The translations under genes were made by a program, and so were the position numbers. Of a DNA stretch of 64,000 nucleotides, positions 37,711 to 47,323 are shown piece after piece. The first letter of the stretch is position 1. Every line of letters begins with the position of its first letter. Source of the DNA: a virus. The notes beneath the pieces are model-generated. The model worked only from the letters and a program-made list of their open reading frames with translations. It searched no databases and was not told where the DNA came from. Location: positions 21,555 to 85,554 of the IMG/VR virus record IMGVR_UViG_3300049856_000265. One strand, 5' to 3'.

Positions 37711-37899
37711 TCTTCCTCCTCGAAGCCTGGATCAGATTGCCAATCTTCAAATTGTGCTAATTGCATTTCAAGTTCTATTTCACGTCGATAATCCCTAAGA
37801 GACTGCATAGATTCTAAGTAATCGTCGGTATATTCGACTGCAAAAATCATGTCCATTTGATAAAAGTCATTATGGTAAGTCCACATTGCCGGACCAGCT

Positions 37900-38238
37900 T
37901 TAGATGCGCTCATCGTCTTTGGACTCCCGCATTCTTCTAAGGGTAGGATTGCCCGTATATTCCGAAAACTGAATTGACCAAACTTCGTCAGCACCAGATC
38001 CCTGTACAACATGAGGTGTTAGCCAATCTAAAAACTCATCTTGACCGCGACCATATTTAGTCTGCCCTACAAGGATAAGTTGTACTGGATCTTCAGGGTA
38101 AGCGCGGTTTATATATTTAGCAACTCCGCTACAATGATAAGCTGAATCTAAAAGGCCTAATTCCTCTATTTTTGCTTTAAGTTCTTTTTCGTTAACTCTA
38201 ACTTCAGCATTTACAATTAGTTTTTCATAATCGCCCAT
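37900..38238 (-). CDS. hypothetical protein
   Basis: RBS AAGGAG; TAATG coupling. Confidence 0.55.
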   Translation of the reverse strand: MGDYEKLIVNAEVRVNEKELKAKIEELGLLDSAYHCSGVAKYINRAYPEDPVQLILVGQTKYGRGQDEFLDWLTPHVVQGSGADEVWSIQFSEYTGNPTLRRMRESKDDERI

Positions 38239-38465
38239 TATAACTTCTCCTTAGCGTTTTTACGATCCCAGAATTCAGAATAATCTTCAAGTCTAGATTC
38301 GTCAAGTCTAATGTAAATGCCATTAAACAAGATCTCAACCAATTCCTTCTTAGTCGCCGCACTGTAGACGTATCGCTCAAAGGTAGCGTTAATATCCATT
38401 CGACTGCCGTTAACCATAAATTGCACCACTACGACCTTTTGATTAGCTTTAAACTTGCGCTCCAT
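38238..38465 (-). CDS. hypothetical protein (small beta-barrel-like)
   Basis: RKFKANQKVVV N-terminus. Confidence 0.5.
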   Translation of the reverse strand: MERKFKANQKVVVVQFMVNGSRMDINATFERYVYSAATKKELVEILFNGIYIRLDESRLEDYSEFWDRKNAKEKL

Positions 38466-39177
38466 TAGCCAACTCTACCAATCTCCTGACAGGATGTCCA
38501 GGTTTAAAATATGCTTGAACATCGGTTAACTTCAAGTCTACAGGCAATCCAAAGGACCGCAGTCTAAGCCATCGCATCATCCTAGAATCAGGCTTCTTAG
38601 CTACGAGCATACCACCCACCATCCAAAGAACCCAAAGCGGCATAAAAAGCCACCAAAAGGGTGTAAACAGATTAGGTAGTCTAAAGATAGCCATCAGGTT
38701 ATAAAATGCAATATCTCCACCTTGCCGCTGATATCGGATATCGTATTTATCTGGATTCTCATTATTAAAACAATACCAATGCTTATCTCCAAAATCAGCT
38801 ACTTGCTTATGATAGTCTAATCCATACATCTTGGATAATCTAACGTAAGAAAGCATGTTATCATGGGCATCGCCCCGCGCATCAAAGCGCGACCGTCTAA
38901 TCCTACCAGGTCCTATCGTGATCGAGTCTAGTGCGCTCTTTACAATGTATTCAAAATACTCTTTAGGAATGCCCATATCAATTGCCTGTTGTACATAGTA
39001 ATCCAAATAAGAGATACCGTTATCGCTATGGGCTTTACGATCATCTTTAGGTAATTCTGGAAACTGTTCTTGAAGCCACGACCAAGGATCTAGGTTCATA
39101 AGACCATCTTCGGTCATGAAGTTAGCTAGAAAGTCTTGATGAATAGCTTGGAATTCCGGTGATTCTTGATCTAGCAT
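38449..39177 (-). CDS. hypothetical protein with a C-terminal TM segment
   Basis: RBS GGAG; AHSDNG and AHDN motifs; FWWLFMPLWVLWMVGG. Confidence 0.6.
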   Translation of the reverse strand: MLDQESPEFQAIHQDFLANFMTEDGLMNLDPWSWLQEQFPELPKDDRKAHSDNGISYLDYYVQQAIDMGIPKEYFEYIVKSALDSITIGPGRIRRSRFDARGDAHDNMLSYVRLSKMYGLDYHKQVADFGDKHWYCFNNENPDKYDIRYQRQGGDIAFYNLMAIFRLPNLFTPFWWLFMPLWVLWMVGGMLVAKKPDSRMMRWLRLRSFGLPVDLKLTDVQAYFKPGHPVRRLVELANGAQV

Positions 39178-39185
39178 GCTATCTC

Positions 39186-39959
39186 CTAATAGTGATGATT
39201 TTCATTAACAATATTATTGTTTGAATCGACTGTAAAAATACAATGATCATTATCAGTTGTGGAATATGTTCCAGGAACTAAAACACTAAACCTAGTATTA
39301 TTGCCTGCAGTATTATCCGAGAAGGAAGCTAGCAAGGTCCCATTAGACAACTTAAGAAATATTTCATCATAAATCCCATTAGCATCGCCACAAGGGTTGA
39401 TAAGCCCAACCGGCGTAAAAGGGGTAGGCGGCGCGTTAAGTCCGTTCGTTCCATTGGTCCCGTTACTTCCATTTGAACCGTTTGTTCCATTAGTTCCTGC
39501 CTGTCCTGTCGCACCTTGTGCACCGTCATTGCCATTACAAATAGTTACCGATTGGATATTAGTATCATCGATATCCAAAGATAAATTATCGTTTGAGTCA
39601 ACAGCTAACATAACTGTCTGCCCACCATTAGAACAACTCGTAGCTGCCAAAGTTGAGTAGACTATACTATGCCCATTGCTCCCGTTAACTCCATTTGAAC
39701 CATTAAGGCCATTGGTGCCATTAGTGCCGTTGCTACCTGCAGCACCTTGAGCGCCCGTCGCTCCAACTGCTCCCGTTTCGCCATCTTCGCCATTCTTAAC
39801 CAAAGCTTGAGTTCCATCTGTGCATTGTATAAGTACGCCATCATCAGTCTGGCTGATTGAACAAGGTTGCATCCGTTCTGGCGGTCCAGGCACAAGTCTA
39901 ATTGAAGTTCCAGGACCTTCTATACAAGCCATAAGCAATAACAAAACAGTATATTTCAT
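39186..39959 (-). CDS. collagen-like (Gly-X-Y) lipoprotein
   Basis: MKYTVLLLLMAC; two G-X-Y tracts separated by a CSNGG...ICNG module. Confidence 0.75.
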   Translation of the reverse strand: MKYTVLLLLMACIEGPGTSIRLVPGPPERMQPCSISQTDDGVLIQCTDGTQALVKNGEDGETGAVGATGAQGAAGSNGTNGTNGLNGSNGVNGSNGHSIVYSTLAATSCSNGGQTVMLAVDSNDNLSLDIDDTNIQSVTICNGNDGAQGATGQAGTNGTNGSNGSNGTNGTNGLNAPPTPFTPVGLINPCGDANGIYDEIFLKLSNGTLLASFSDNTAGNNTRFSVLVPGTYSTTDNDHCIFTVDSNNNIVNENHHY

Positions 39960-40191
39960 ACGCCTATCTCCATTTTGGTTTTAATAACTTCATCAAAATA
40001 TTCATCAATAAACTGAGCCATCTTTAAAACAGTATCTAAACTAAGTCTTATCTTAACAGATTCGTTTTCTGCGTCAATAACTATAAATTGCTTATTGTGT
40101 GTATTTTTAACTTCGAGTATGAAATGCTCCCCTATTGTTGGATGTTCCGTTACTTTTAGGTCAATGTTATTGATTTTCATTATAATACCTT

Positions 40192-40650
40192 TCAGCTCAT
40201 GAAAGCTAGCCATCCAACTTTAGCAACTTCTAAAGCTTGAGGCAATGTAAATACTTTACGTTCATGGCGACCACAATGACGCATTTCAATAGCTACCTCA
40301 TCACTTCCAGTATAGTGAGTTTGGATGGCGTTAACTTCTTTACCGCAAATATAACACTTGATCGGAATCAAAGGTACTTCGACCTTAGGTGTCGAAGGTG
40401 GGACATAGCCGCCATCCCAATTAAAAGCAGTTAAGGCTTCGTCATTGCTAATGCCTAAAGCTTCAGAATGTCGAGCATTAGCGGCAATTTTATTGAGCAT
40501 ATCTTGAGCCCACTGACGACCTTCATTTTCACTAGGCCAATAACGGACTGCTTCTACTTGACCTGTATTAATATTGCTAATAATAGCGGTCCAACGAGTT
40601 TTAGGATCTCCAGTGCCTCCCGTTTCGTAGACCATATAAGTCTTGCTCAT
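40192..40650 (-). CDS. hypothetical protein with a C-terminal Zn motif
   Basis: CYICG...HCGRH; RBS AAGGAG. Confidence 0.55.
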   Translation of the reverse strand: MSKTYMVYETGGTGDPKTRWTAIISNINTGQVEAVRYWPSENEGRQWAQDMLNKIAANARHSEALGISNDEALTAFNWDGGYVPPSTPKVEVPLIPIKCYICGKEVNAIQTHYTGSDEVAIEMRHCGRHERKVFTLPQALEVAKVGWLAFMS

Positions 40651-41123
40651 TGTTCTAACTCCTTAAGTTTATTATAATATCCAATCTTGCGACTAGGTGT
40701 TTTACTATGAAAACGCCCAAGGTAATAAGGATCGCCGCTTAGCTTATGCCGTTTGATTACCTTAGCCGCGCAATAACTGTTACCTATTATTGTATAAATA
40801 TTATACTCCAAACACTCACTACTAGCTATAACTGTATTTATTTGGAAAAGGCCATAATCTAGAGTCCCATTGCTGTTAAAGTTAAAAGCTACTGGATTAA
40901 GTCCGCTTTCTATAAGCCCTATGGCTAACATTTTAGTAGGATCTAGGCCGTAAGCCTTAGCAGCCTTTGAAATCGCACTATAGACTTCTACAGGCGCTTT
41001 AAACCCTAGTCTAGTTGAGTAGCTTTTAAGTGACTCCGCTTGCGCTTCTTTACAGCCTTTAAGTAGGGCTATAACTCCAAAGACAAAAAGCATATAGAGT
41101 AACTTGCTTTCATATCTAGCCAT
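40647..41123 (-). CDS. membrane-anchored lytic transglycosylase (SLT domain)
   Basis: AIGLIESG, NSNGTLDYGLFQIN, GRFHS; RBS AGGAGG before MARYE at 41123. Confidence 0.85.
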   Translation of the reverse strand: MARYESKLLYMLFVFGVIALLKGCKEAQAESLKSYSTRLGFKAPVEVYSAISKAAKAYGLDPTKMLAIGLIESGLNPVAFNFNSNGTLDYGLFQINTVIASSECLEYNIYTIIGNSYCAAKVIKRHKLSGDPYYLGRFHSKTPSRKIGYYNKLKELEQ

Positions 41124-41151
41124 AATACCTCCTTTAAAACAAATATACTTT

Positions 41152-41421
41152 ATGGACATTGAATCGCCTAATGATTCGGATTTCTTAGATTACTTCTTAA
41201 CAGTAGTGGCCGAGCATCCCTCGCCTAAACTTATAGCTACCATAAATGAGCAAGGTCAAAGCTTAACTCCTTTCGACGTAGCTTGGGCAGCGGGCTTATC
41301 GGAAGACGTAGGTCAGTATCCGTTAATTAGTTCGCCTAGTCAATATATAAATTACTTTATATTCTATGCTAAGTCTACTGGCTTAACTGGCTATTTGTCT
41401 TTCTATCCAAGCATCTGCTAG
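41152..41421 (+). CDS. isolated plus-strand hypothetical protein (likely start MDIES at 41152)
   Basis: fills the gap between minus-strand genes; AACAAATA 6 nt before the ATG. Confidence 0.55.
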   Translation: MDIESPNDSDFLDYFLTVVAEHPSPKLIATINEQGQSLTPFDVAWAAGLSEDVGQYPLISSPSQYINYFIFYAKSTGLTGYLSFYPSIC

Positions 41422-41956
41422 TTATCATCTAAATCGTCTTGAGGCGGTCCGGCAAATCGAAGCGTCCTTATCTCCCGAACGTATTTAAGCTCTTTTTCCC
41501 AAAGCGTAATAGGTTCTTTGCCTAACAATTCCATATCAATTGGACCATATCCATTCTTCATAATCTGAAGTGCGCTATCTAAGTCTTTTGCAATGGCATA
41601 ATCCTCAAAGATCGGATCGCCGTGACAATCTTGGACTTCATAAAACCTAAAATAAAACTTAGTAAACTCTTCAGGTAACATCTTTATCTCCAATTCGTTT
41701 AAAAGCACCTATGGCCGCATAAAAGGCAAAAGACAATGCCCAAACTAAAAGCCCTATCCAAATTGGCAATAGTAAGAATATATAAAATAGAAATAAACCT
41801 TTCATTTTAGCTTTTCTTTAATATAATCTTTTAAAGCTTTTATTGCAAAATAGCAAAACAAGTAAACAAAAGCTATGCCGTAAACTAGTCCATAAAAAAC
41901 CAGGACTAGCAAAGCGCCCCACAATGGCGACAATCCAATAATAACTAGCATCAAGC

Positions 41957-42145
41957 CTAATCGCATAGCAGCTCCTTAGGCGGTACTTGAAGCGCCTTAG
42001 CAATCTTGGATAGCATGACTAGACTTGGTGCCTTTCCGCGTTTCTCAATATGCGCAATCGTTGCTTGAGAAATGCCCGCTAGTTTAGCTAGTCTAGCTTG
42101 GCTAAGTTCCATAACTTGACGATAATGCCTAATTTGAGTTTTCAT
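41957..42145 (-). CDS. XRE-family HTH regulator
   Basis: LSQARLAKLAGISQATIAHIEKRGKAPSL. Confidence 0.85.
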   Translation of the reverse strand: MKTQIRHYRQVMELSQARLAKLAGISQATIAHIEKRGKAPSLVMLSKIAKALQVPPKELLCD

Positions 42146-42377
42146 TTAGCTCCCAATAGCTTTCTAGCCGTTGCGTTACGATTCTTAAGCCCTTTTTTTA
42201 CTTCGGCGCGCATATCGTCTTTAACCATGGCGAAACTGCTAAGATTGAGCGATTGTTCAGCCCAGAAATCAACTAGCCAATTGGATAAGGCTAGCCGCTC
42301 TTCTACCGTTTTAAGACGATCTACTTCGTCGATAGCATTGTCTAGGACTTCTAGCATACTAAGTTTATAATTCATAA

Positions 42378-42800
42378 TTAATCTCCTTTTTTAATAGCTT
42401 CAATTGCTTTAATAGCACTACTAGAAACATGTGTCAAGTTACGATCTGCAATAATGTAAAATGTAGGAATAGCTAAACCTAAATCTTCATTCCAATATTG
42501 CTGAATTTTTTCATATTCAAAATCTTCACTATTGCGCAATCCTTTAATCTGTGCATCGCATATCGTATGCTTTAACATTGTAGTAAGTAGTCCTGTAAAA
42601 GTCGTAACCTTAACTCTTGGATTAGCTATGTGTATTTCCAAAGATTCCGCGCGTCTTACGGGCACTCTAGCACCGTCTTTAGACGGATTATGTCCAATTA
42701 GAATCGTTATTGTATCAAACACTTTCAAAGCTTGATCTAGCACGCTCTGATGTCCTTTATGCCAAGGGTTAAAAGAGCCTGCATATATTGCATGTTTCAT
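42378..42800 (-). CDS. coaD: phosphopantetheine adenylyltransferase-like protein
   Basis: AIYAGSFNPWHKGH, NPSK, KGLRNSEDFEYE, VSSSAIK. Confidence 0.85.
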   Translation of the reverse strand: MKHAIYAGSFNPWHKGHQSVLDQALKVFDTITILIGHNPSKDGARVPVRRAESLEIHIANPRVKVTTFTGLLTTMLKHTICDAQIKGLRNSEDFEYEKIQQYWNEDLGLAIPTFYIIADRNLTHVSSSAIKAIEAIKKGD

Positions 42801-42801
42801 A

Positions 42802-43215
42802 CTACCTCACCATAAAGTAAATCAATCCATAATGTGTTAGGTGATGCACCATTTGATCAAGTCCCAGTGCCCACCAAAATAGAGTGTTAGCTCGCTTTTG
42901 TGCATCGGTAGACTCCATATAATCCTTAGCCGTTAGTGGTTTAAAGCGGCCTAGCAAATCAGGACTAGCTTTAATCCTATCCATCGTGAAATGAATAATA
43001 CCATCCCATAAGGCTAATGTGATAGCCAATTCAGGCTTAAAGCATAGGGCAATGGCAAGAGTAAACACCGCGTGTACGCCGCTATGAGCCATTAAAGGCA
43101 AGATCCATTCGGTGCCTGGTAGAAACTTCTTAAGCATATATTTGCCCTGAAGCGGATAGTCTGCTAGAAAATGTTTAAATTGGTAGATAACCAATAGCAA
43201 AAAGATCTTATTCAT
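42802..43215 (-). CDS. DUF3307-like membrane protein
   Basis: KHFLADYPLQ, HSGVH, IHFTMDRIK, GLDQMVHHLT. Confidence 0.8.
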   Translation of the reverse strand: MNKIFLLLVIYQFKHFLADYPLQGKYMLKKFLPGTEWILPLMAHSGVHAVFTLAIALCFKPELAITLALWDGIIHFTMDRIKASPDLLGRFKPLTAKDYMESTDAQKRANTLFWWALGLDQMVHHLTHYGLIYFMVR

Positions 43216-43370
43216 ATATCTCCTTTAATGATTTAGAAAACAGTAAGTAGGCACGTCGTAGTGCCACAATAGCCGATGCTTGTTAAGTCTAAGACTGTAA
43301 ACTAGAAAACAAGGGCAGTCAAAGGATTCAAGTTTATGCAAGTCTAGTGCGCTTGGATTAAAGATTTTAA

Positions 43371-43589
43371 TCATACAAGCCTAATTTCAGATTCATAGTT
43401 GCCTGTATCCATATCATAGCTAACAATCCCTGCGCTACAAAGCTCGATAAGAAGTCCTTGGACAAGATTGCCATAGTCCTTAACACTTAAATTCATCGCA
43501 TCGCAAAGCTCCCAAAGAGGCATAGCGCCTTTTAGGGCTAAGGTATCGCGCACCATTCTAGAAGTTATCGTTTTGTGAAAGGTCATATT
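43371..43589 (-). CDS. small winged-helix-like protein (approximate start)
   Basis: MPLWELCDAMNL...LIELCSAGIVSYD pattern. Confidence 0.45.
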   Translation of the reverse strand, partial: NMTFHKTITSRMVRDTLALKGAMPLWELCDAMNLSVKDYGNLVQGLLIELCSAGIVSYDMDTGNYESEIRLV

Positions 43590-43785
43590 CCCCCCATTGA
43601 TAACGCGATCTATATTTCTCAGTGCCATATTCTAGAACTAAATAACCGCGCATTTTAAGCTCATTAAGTTTACTATGCATTTTCATTGTATCATAATCGG
43701 GCAATTTAAGCTTAGCTTGCAATTCCTTAGCAGTCATATGACCGAAATAGATCAAACTATTAATGATTAGTCTATCAATATTCAT
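43558..43785 (-). CDS. small winged-helix-like protein
   Basis: MTAKELQAKL...LNELKMRGYLV pattern. Confidence 0.5.
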   Translation of the reverse strand: MNIDRLIINSLIYFGHMTAKELQAKLKLPDYDTMKMHSKLNELKMRGYLVLEYGTEKYRSRYQWGEYDLSQNDNF

Positions 43786-43796
43786 AATATTCCCTT

Positions 43797-44981
43797 CTAG
43801 CTAGCGATACGGCCTACTAAATGGCCGCTAGCTTTGTCATATACTTCACAAAACTGTTTTTCATCCGATTCAAGCTCGAGATATTCAATAGCCGTCATTT
43901 CGTTGCCGTCATAGTCTACGAAATAGAACATAGAGTCAAGTCTATGTTTAGGCACCGGATATCCGTTATCGTCTAGCAAGTCAAATGGTTCTTTAGGGAT
44001 ATCGTTGCTATCCTCAATATCTCTAATCGTTTGAATATCGCTATGGACTTCTTTAGTCGAGTCTTGAACTACTTTGAGCGCATTTTCGACCGCTACGCCA
44101 TTATTACGACTAGGCGTCGTTGGATAGGTTTTTAGATTACTTCTCCAATCACTTGGATAAGTATCATCCATATAATCATTTTGCCATGCGCTGCTACCAT
44201 AAGAAGCTTCGAATTGTGCTTGGCTGTAATAACTTTCTTTACGTGGAATAAACCCCTCTTGTTTAATCAATTCCCCATTTCGGTTAAAGGTCAAAGCCAT
44301 ATTGTCTTTAATAGCGTAGATTTTAGTATGAGTCAAGCCCCCTTCTTTAAGAATCGACTTCAATTGATCGGCATTAGTTCCAAAGGCCATAGATTCAATG
44401 CTAGGTATCCAACAAGCGTTAAGGTTAGCCGTAGCGTCTTTAATGACCATAAGCTCGCCTGTTACCTTATTGAGCGCACCAATAGCATAATAACCCGCTA
44501 GATTCTGCACAATCCCTTCTAGACCTTGCTCCGTCAAGTAATGCAATACATGTTCGGAATCATTAGTAGTGCGCTGCTTATATTCTTCGCCCATGTTTTG
44601 AACAATCCCATTATGTATAACACTCCAAAGTGAACTATTCAATGGATGCGTATTATTAAGGCTAACTTGATTAGTACTAATCCTAGCGTGAATAAGTAAA
44701 CCGCCGTTCATGATCTCAGGAATCTTGCCAAAAGCGTTAGATTCCCAAGCTTCGAAGATCGCCTTAAAAGAATCAGGCACCGCGCCGTTATTAAAGAATC
44801 GATTTTCAAAGTATTCAGGATCTAAGCACCGTTCGCCTACGAATTTATTACCGTTTAGCATAGACCAACCAAAACCGTCGTTATCCGATTTACCCATAAT
44901 CTTAGCCGATGCTGTAAGTAGTTTACTCAATTGTTTATGTTTAAGTTTCGCTGTATTGGTTAGAATCATCAATTTACACAT
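43797..44981 (-). CDS. class II (Ntn) glutamine amidotransferase
   Basis: N-terminal MC, DGFG, HARIST, NTHP, HNGIV, DSE. Confidence 0.85.
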   Translation of the reverse strand: MCKLMILTNTAKLKHKQLSKLLTASAKIMGKSDNDGFGWSMLNGNKFVGERCLDPEYFENRFFNNGAVPDSFKAIFEAWESNAFGKIPEIMNGGLLIHARISTNQVSLNNTHPLNSSLWSVIHNGIVQNMGEEYKQRTTNDSEHVLHYLTEQGLEGIVQNLAGYYAIGALNKVTGELMVIKDATANLNACWIPSIESMAFGTNADQLKSILKEGGLTHTKIYAIKDNMALTFNRNGELIKQEGFIPRKESYYSQAQFEASYGSSAWQNDYMDDTYPSDWRSNLKTYPTTPSRNNGVAVENALKVVQDSTKEVHSDIQTIRDIEDSNDIPKEPFDLLDDNGYPVPKHRLDSMFYFVDYDGNEMTAIEYLELESDEKQFCEVYDKASGHLVGRIAS

Positions 44982-46576
44982 TATGCCGCCTCACTATCTT
45001 CATGGTTTTGATCAAATGCCGCTTGTTCAGGAGTCAAGACGTTAATTCCCGCCGACTCTCCAAGCAAAGCATTATCAGGATTAAACTTCTTAATTCGCTC
45101 CATAATATAAGTTACAAGTGTCGCGCTCCAATTAAGCTTAGCAGCGTAACTTTCAATAGTCAAATCGGGCAAATTGCCTTCACAATGAGCTACTGAATAA
45201 AGAATCTTAATCCAATGTTTAATCTTAGTAAAGTTAATAGTTCCAGAATGAAGTCTAATCTCAATGGTCTTAAACTTGCTAAAAGCCTCAATATCGTTAA
45301 TGCAGCTATAGCGAGTATCTCGACCGCCTTCAGTTGAGGTACTGCCTACGTCTGAGCGGCAATAGGTGTTATTGATTCTGGACTTAGGCACCATGGCCTT
45401 GAGCATCGGCAATACTTTAGCTAGCTTATTGACGCTAATGGATGGCCGCCTTTCATGGGTTCTAAAGTCCAAGTGAACATGAAGACCGCATGACTTATTG
45501 ACTTTAGCTCCAACGTCTTTAAGCAGTTTGCAAAACTTCTCAAGATTAGACAAATCGTTAACATTAGTCAAGATGCGAGCTTCAAGAGGAATCTCGTCAA
45601 CGTCGTCGTCACAATCAATTGAGCCGTCTTCGCCTAGATTAATGCCTTTAATGCGTAATTCAGTGCATTTTTTAGTAAAGAAGTCCTTAGCAGCATCAAA
45701 ACCGCATTTAGCCTCTTCACATTCACTATGATCGCCATTTTCACAATGGCCACAATCGCCGCATGATCTAGGCGGAAAACCGTCTCGCGGCATAAAGAAT
45801 TCAATTTCGACGCCGATAGCTTCACCTTTAGGGATAGCTTGTGGAGTCTTAGGATTAGATACGTTGAAAGTCCTAGCGAAGAGTTTCCAAATATGCTCCG
45901 TTTGACGATTGAAGATTGAACCGTCCAAGCCTTGACGTACTTCTTTAGAAGAATCGCGCATATTACTCAAAGCCCTAATCTTGCGCTTTTGTTTATCCAA
46001 GCCTTGCGCCGTATAGTCTAGAGCGTCTTGCGTATTACCTCTTTGGATGAGCTTTAGTACGTTGCGTTTTTGCTTAGTCTTAAGACTGCTAGTATCGAAA
46101 ATCAATTTGCCATCTTCAAATTTAAGTAGTTTAGTCATGTCTATTTTCTCCTTTATAGGTTTAGTGCCATGAATGAATTTATTATCCAAAACGATATCTA
46201 GGAATTCCATTGGTTGCGACATTTGGCCGGTATACGTTATAGTTCCTATTTGCGTTAAGTCTAAGTTAAACAATGAACTATTTGGACTTGGACTGAGGAG
46301 CATAGGACGCATTTCGTTTCGACCTAAGTCTATAGCAGTCCGTCTAATAGCCTCTAAAGTCAAAGTATTGCCAATATCGTTAACTTCACTTTCAGCTAGC
46401 CTAGCCTCTAATTCTAAAGCTTCGTTATAAAATAATGAATCTCTAAGCCATCGGACTAGTTCGGTGCCCGTAGCCGTCATTTGAATAACAGCGCTATCTA
46501 CCCATTCGCGAGCGCATATATCGGAAACCATAAAAGGAATTCTTTGATTATTTATCTCATAGTAAATATGAGGCAT
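44981..46576 (-). CDS. putative amidoligase (COOH-NH2 ligase) with N-terminal extension
   Basis: IGVEIE, DGSI, E, VNKSCGLHVH, RYSCIN, TIEIRLHSGT. Confidence 0.8.
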   Translation of the reverse strand: MPHIYYEINNQRIPFMVSDICAREWVDSAVIQMTATGTELVRWLRDSLFYNEALELEARLAESEVNDIGNTLTLEAIRRTAIDLGRNEMRPMLLSPSPNSSLFNLDLTQIGTITYTGQMSQPMEFLDIVLDNKFIHGTKPIKEKIDMTKLLKFEDGKLIFDTSSLKTKQKRNVLKLIQRGNTQDALDYTAQGLDKQKRKIRALSNMRDSSKEVRQGLDGSIFNRQTEHIWKLFARTFNVSNPKTPQAIPKGEAIGVEIEFFMPRDGFPPRSCGDCGHCENGDHSECEEAKCGFDAAKDFFTKKCTELRIKGINLGEDGSIDCDDDVDEIPLEARILTNVNDLSNLEKFCKLLKDVGAKVNKSCGLHVHLDFRTHERRPSISVNKLAKVLPMLKAMVPKSRINNTYCRSDVGSTSTEGGRDTRYSCINDIEAFSKFKTIEIRLHSGTINFTKIKHWIKILYSVAHCEGNLPDLTIESYAAKLNWSATLVTYIMERIKKFNPDNALLGESAGINVLTPEQAAFDQNHEDSEAA

Positions 46577-46578
46577 AC

Positions 46579-46764
46579 TTAACTTACCTCTTCACTAGAC
46601 GCGCTAGGAGCTTCGCCATTGAGTTTAGCCATCATAGCTAGCTCATCGGCATAGGCTTGATCATAGAGCCTTGTGAGGATTTTAAAGACGTGCTTAGGAT
46701 TCTTGGACTTGATATAATTGCTAGTTACCCATTGTTCAAAGTTAACGATATTAGGTGTTTCCAT
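46579..46764 (-). CDS. hypothetical protein (likely start METPN)
   Basis: RBS AAGGA upstream. Confidence 0.45.
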   Translation of the reverse strand: METPNIVNFEQWVTSNYIKSKNPKHVFKILTRLYDQAYADELAMMAKLNGEAPSASSEEVS

Positions 46765-46768
46765 AAGC

Positions 46769-47323
46769 TTAAGTCCTTTCAATTGGATAATTGTTAAGCA
46801 AATCTGAAAGTGTAAAGTCCGATTCATTTTGAATCATTTGGATTAGTTTAGCCCGTTGTGCCGACCAAGCTGCCGACCTAGCTGCCGACCAAGCTGCCGA
46901 CCTAGCTGCCGACCAAGCTGCCGACCAAGCTGCCGACCTAGCTGCCGACCTAGCTGCCGACTCAGCTGCCGACTCAGCTGCCGACTCAGCTGCCGACTCA
47001 GCTGCCGACTCAGCTGCCGACAAAGCTTGTGCGTCGATTTCTTTTAAACTAAACTTAATTACAGCGGTAACAGCATCCCATGAGCGCTTATCCGTTTGTT
47101 TAGCTAAGAATAGACTTTCAGCGGCGCACCATGCTCCGAAACGGCGCATAATTCCCTCTTCTACATAATCGCCTTTAGAATTAAGCCAAAACAAATCTTG
47201 CATCGGAATAGCTTCATTTTTAAGCAAGTCTAAGAACGTGCCTTTATAGTCTTTATTAATAAACTTAATCGGATCATAACAAGGACCGAAATCAATGATT
47301 TCTTGATAAGTAATTGTTTTCAT
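46769..47323 (-). CDS. protein with an SAA(E/R/W) tetrapeptide repeat
   Basis: RBS AAGGAG; RRFGAWCA..D.RSW followed by the repeat tract. Confidence 0.7.
   Translation of the reverse strand: MKTITYQEIIDFGPCYDPIKFINKDYKGTFLDLLKNEAIPMQDLFWLNSKGDYVEEGIMRRFGAWCAAESLFLAKQTDKRSWDAVTAVIKFSLKEIDAQALSAAESAAESAAESAAESAAESAARSAARSAAWSAAWSAARSAAWSAARSAAWSAQRAKLIQMIQNESDFTLSDLLNNYPIERT
46859..47021 (-). repeat. 12-bp coding tandem repeat, 13 full units plus one partial
   Basis: plus-strand TGCCGAC(CA/CT/TC)AGC units encoding SAAE x5, SAAR x4, SAAW x4. Confidence 0.95.

Noticed and set aside
41957-42145. Lysogeny switch / prophage
   Set aside because: A lone XRE HTH co-oriented within an operon, with no integrase, divergent cI/cro pair or host flanking genes in the window.
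46856-47047. CRISPR-like array, or the plus-strand CRPS-repeat ORF
   Set aside because: The units are contiguous 12-mers with no spacers. The plus-strand ORF is the antisense shadow of the RBS-bearing minus-strand gene.
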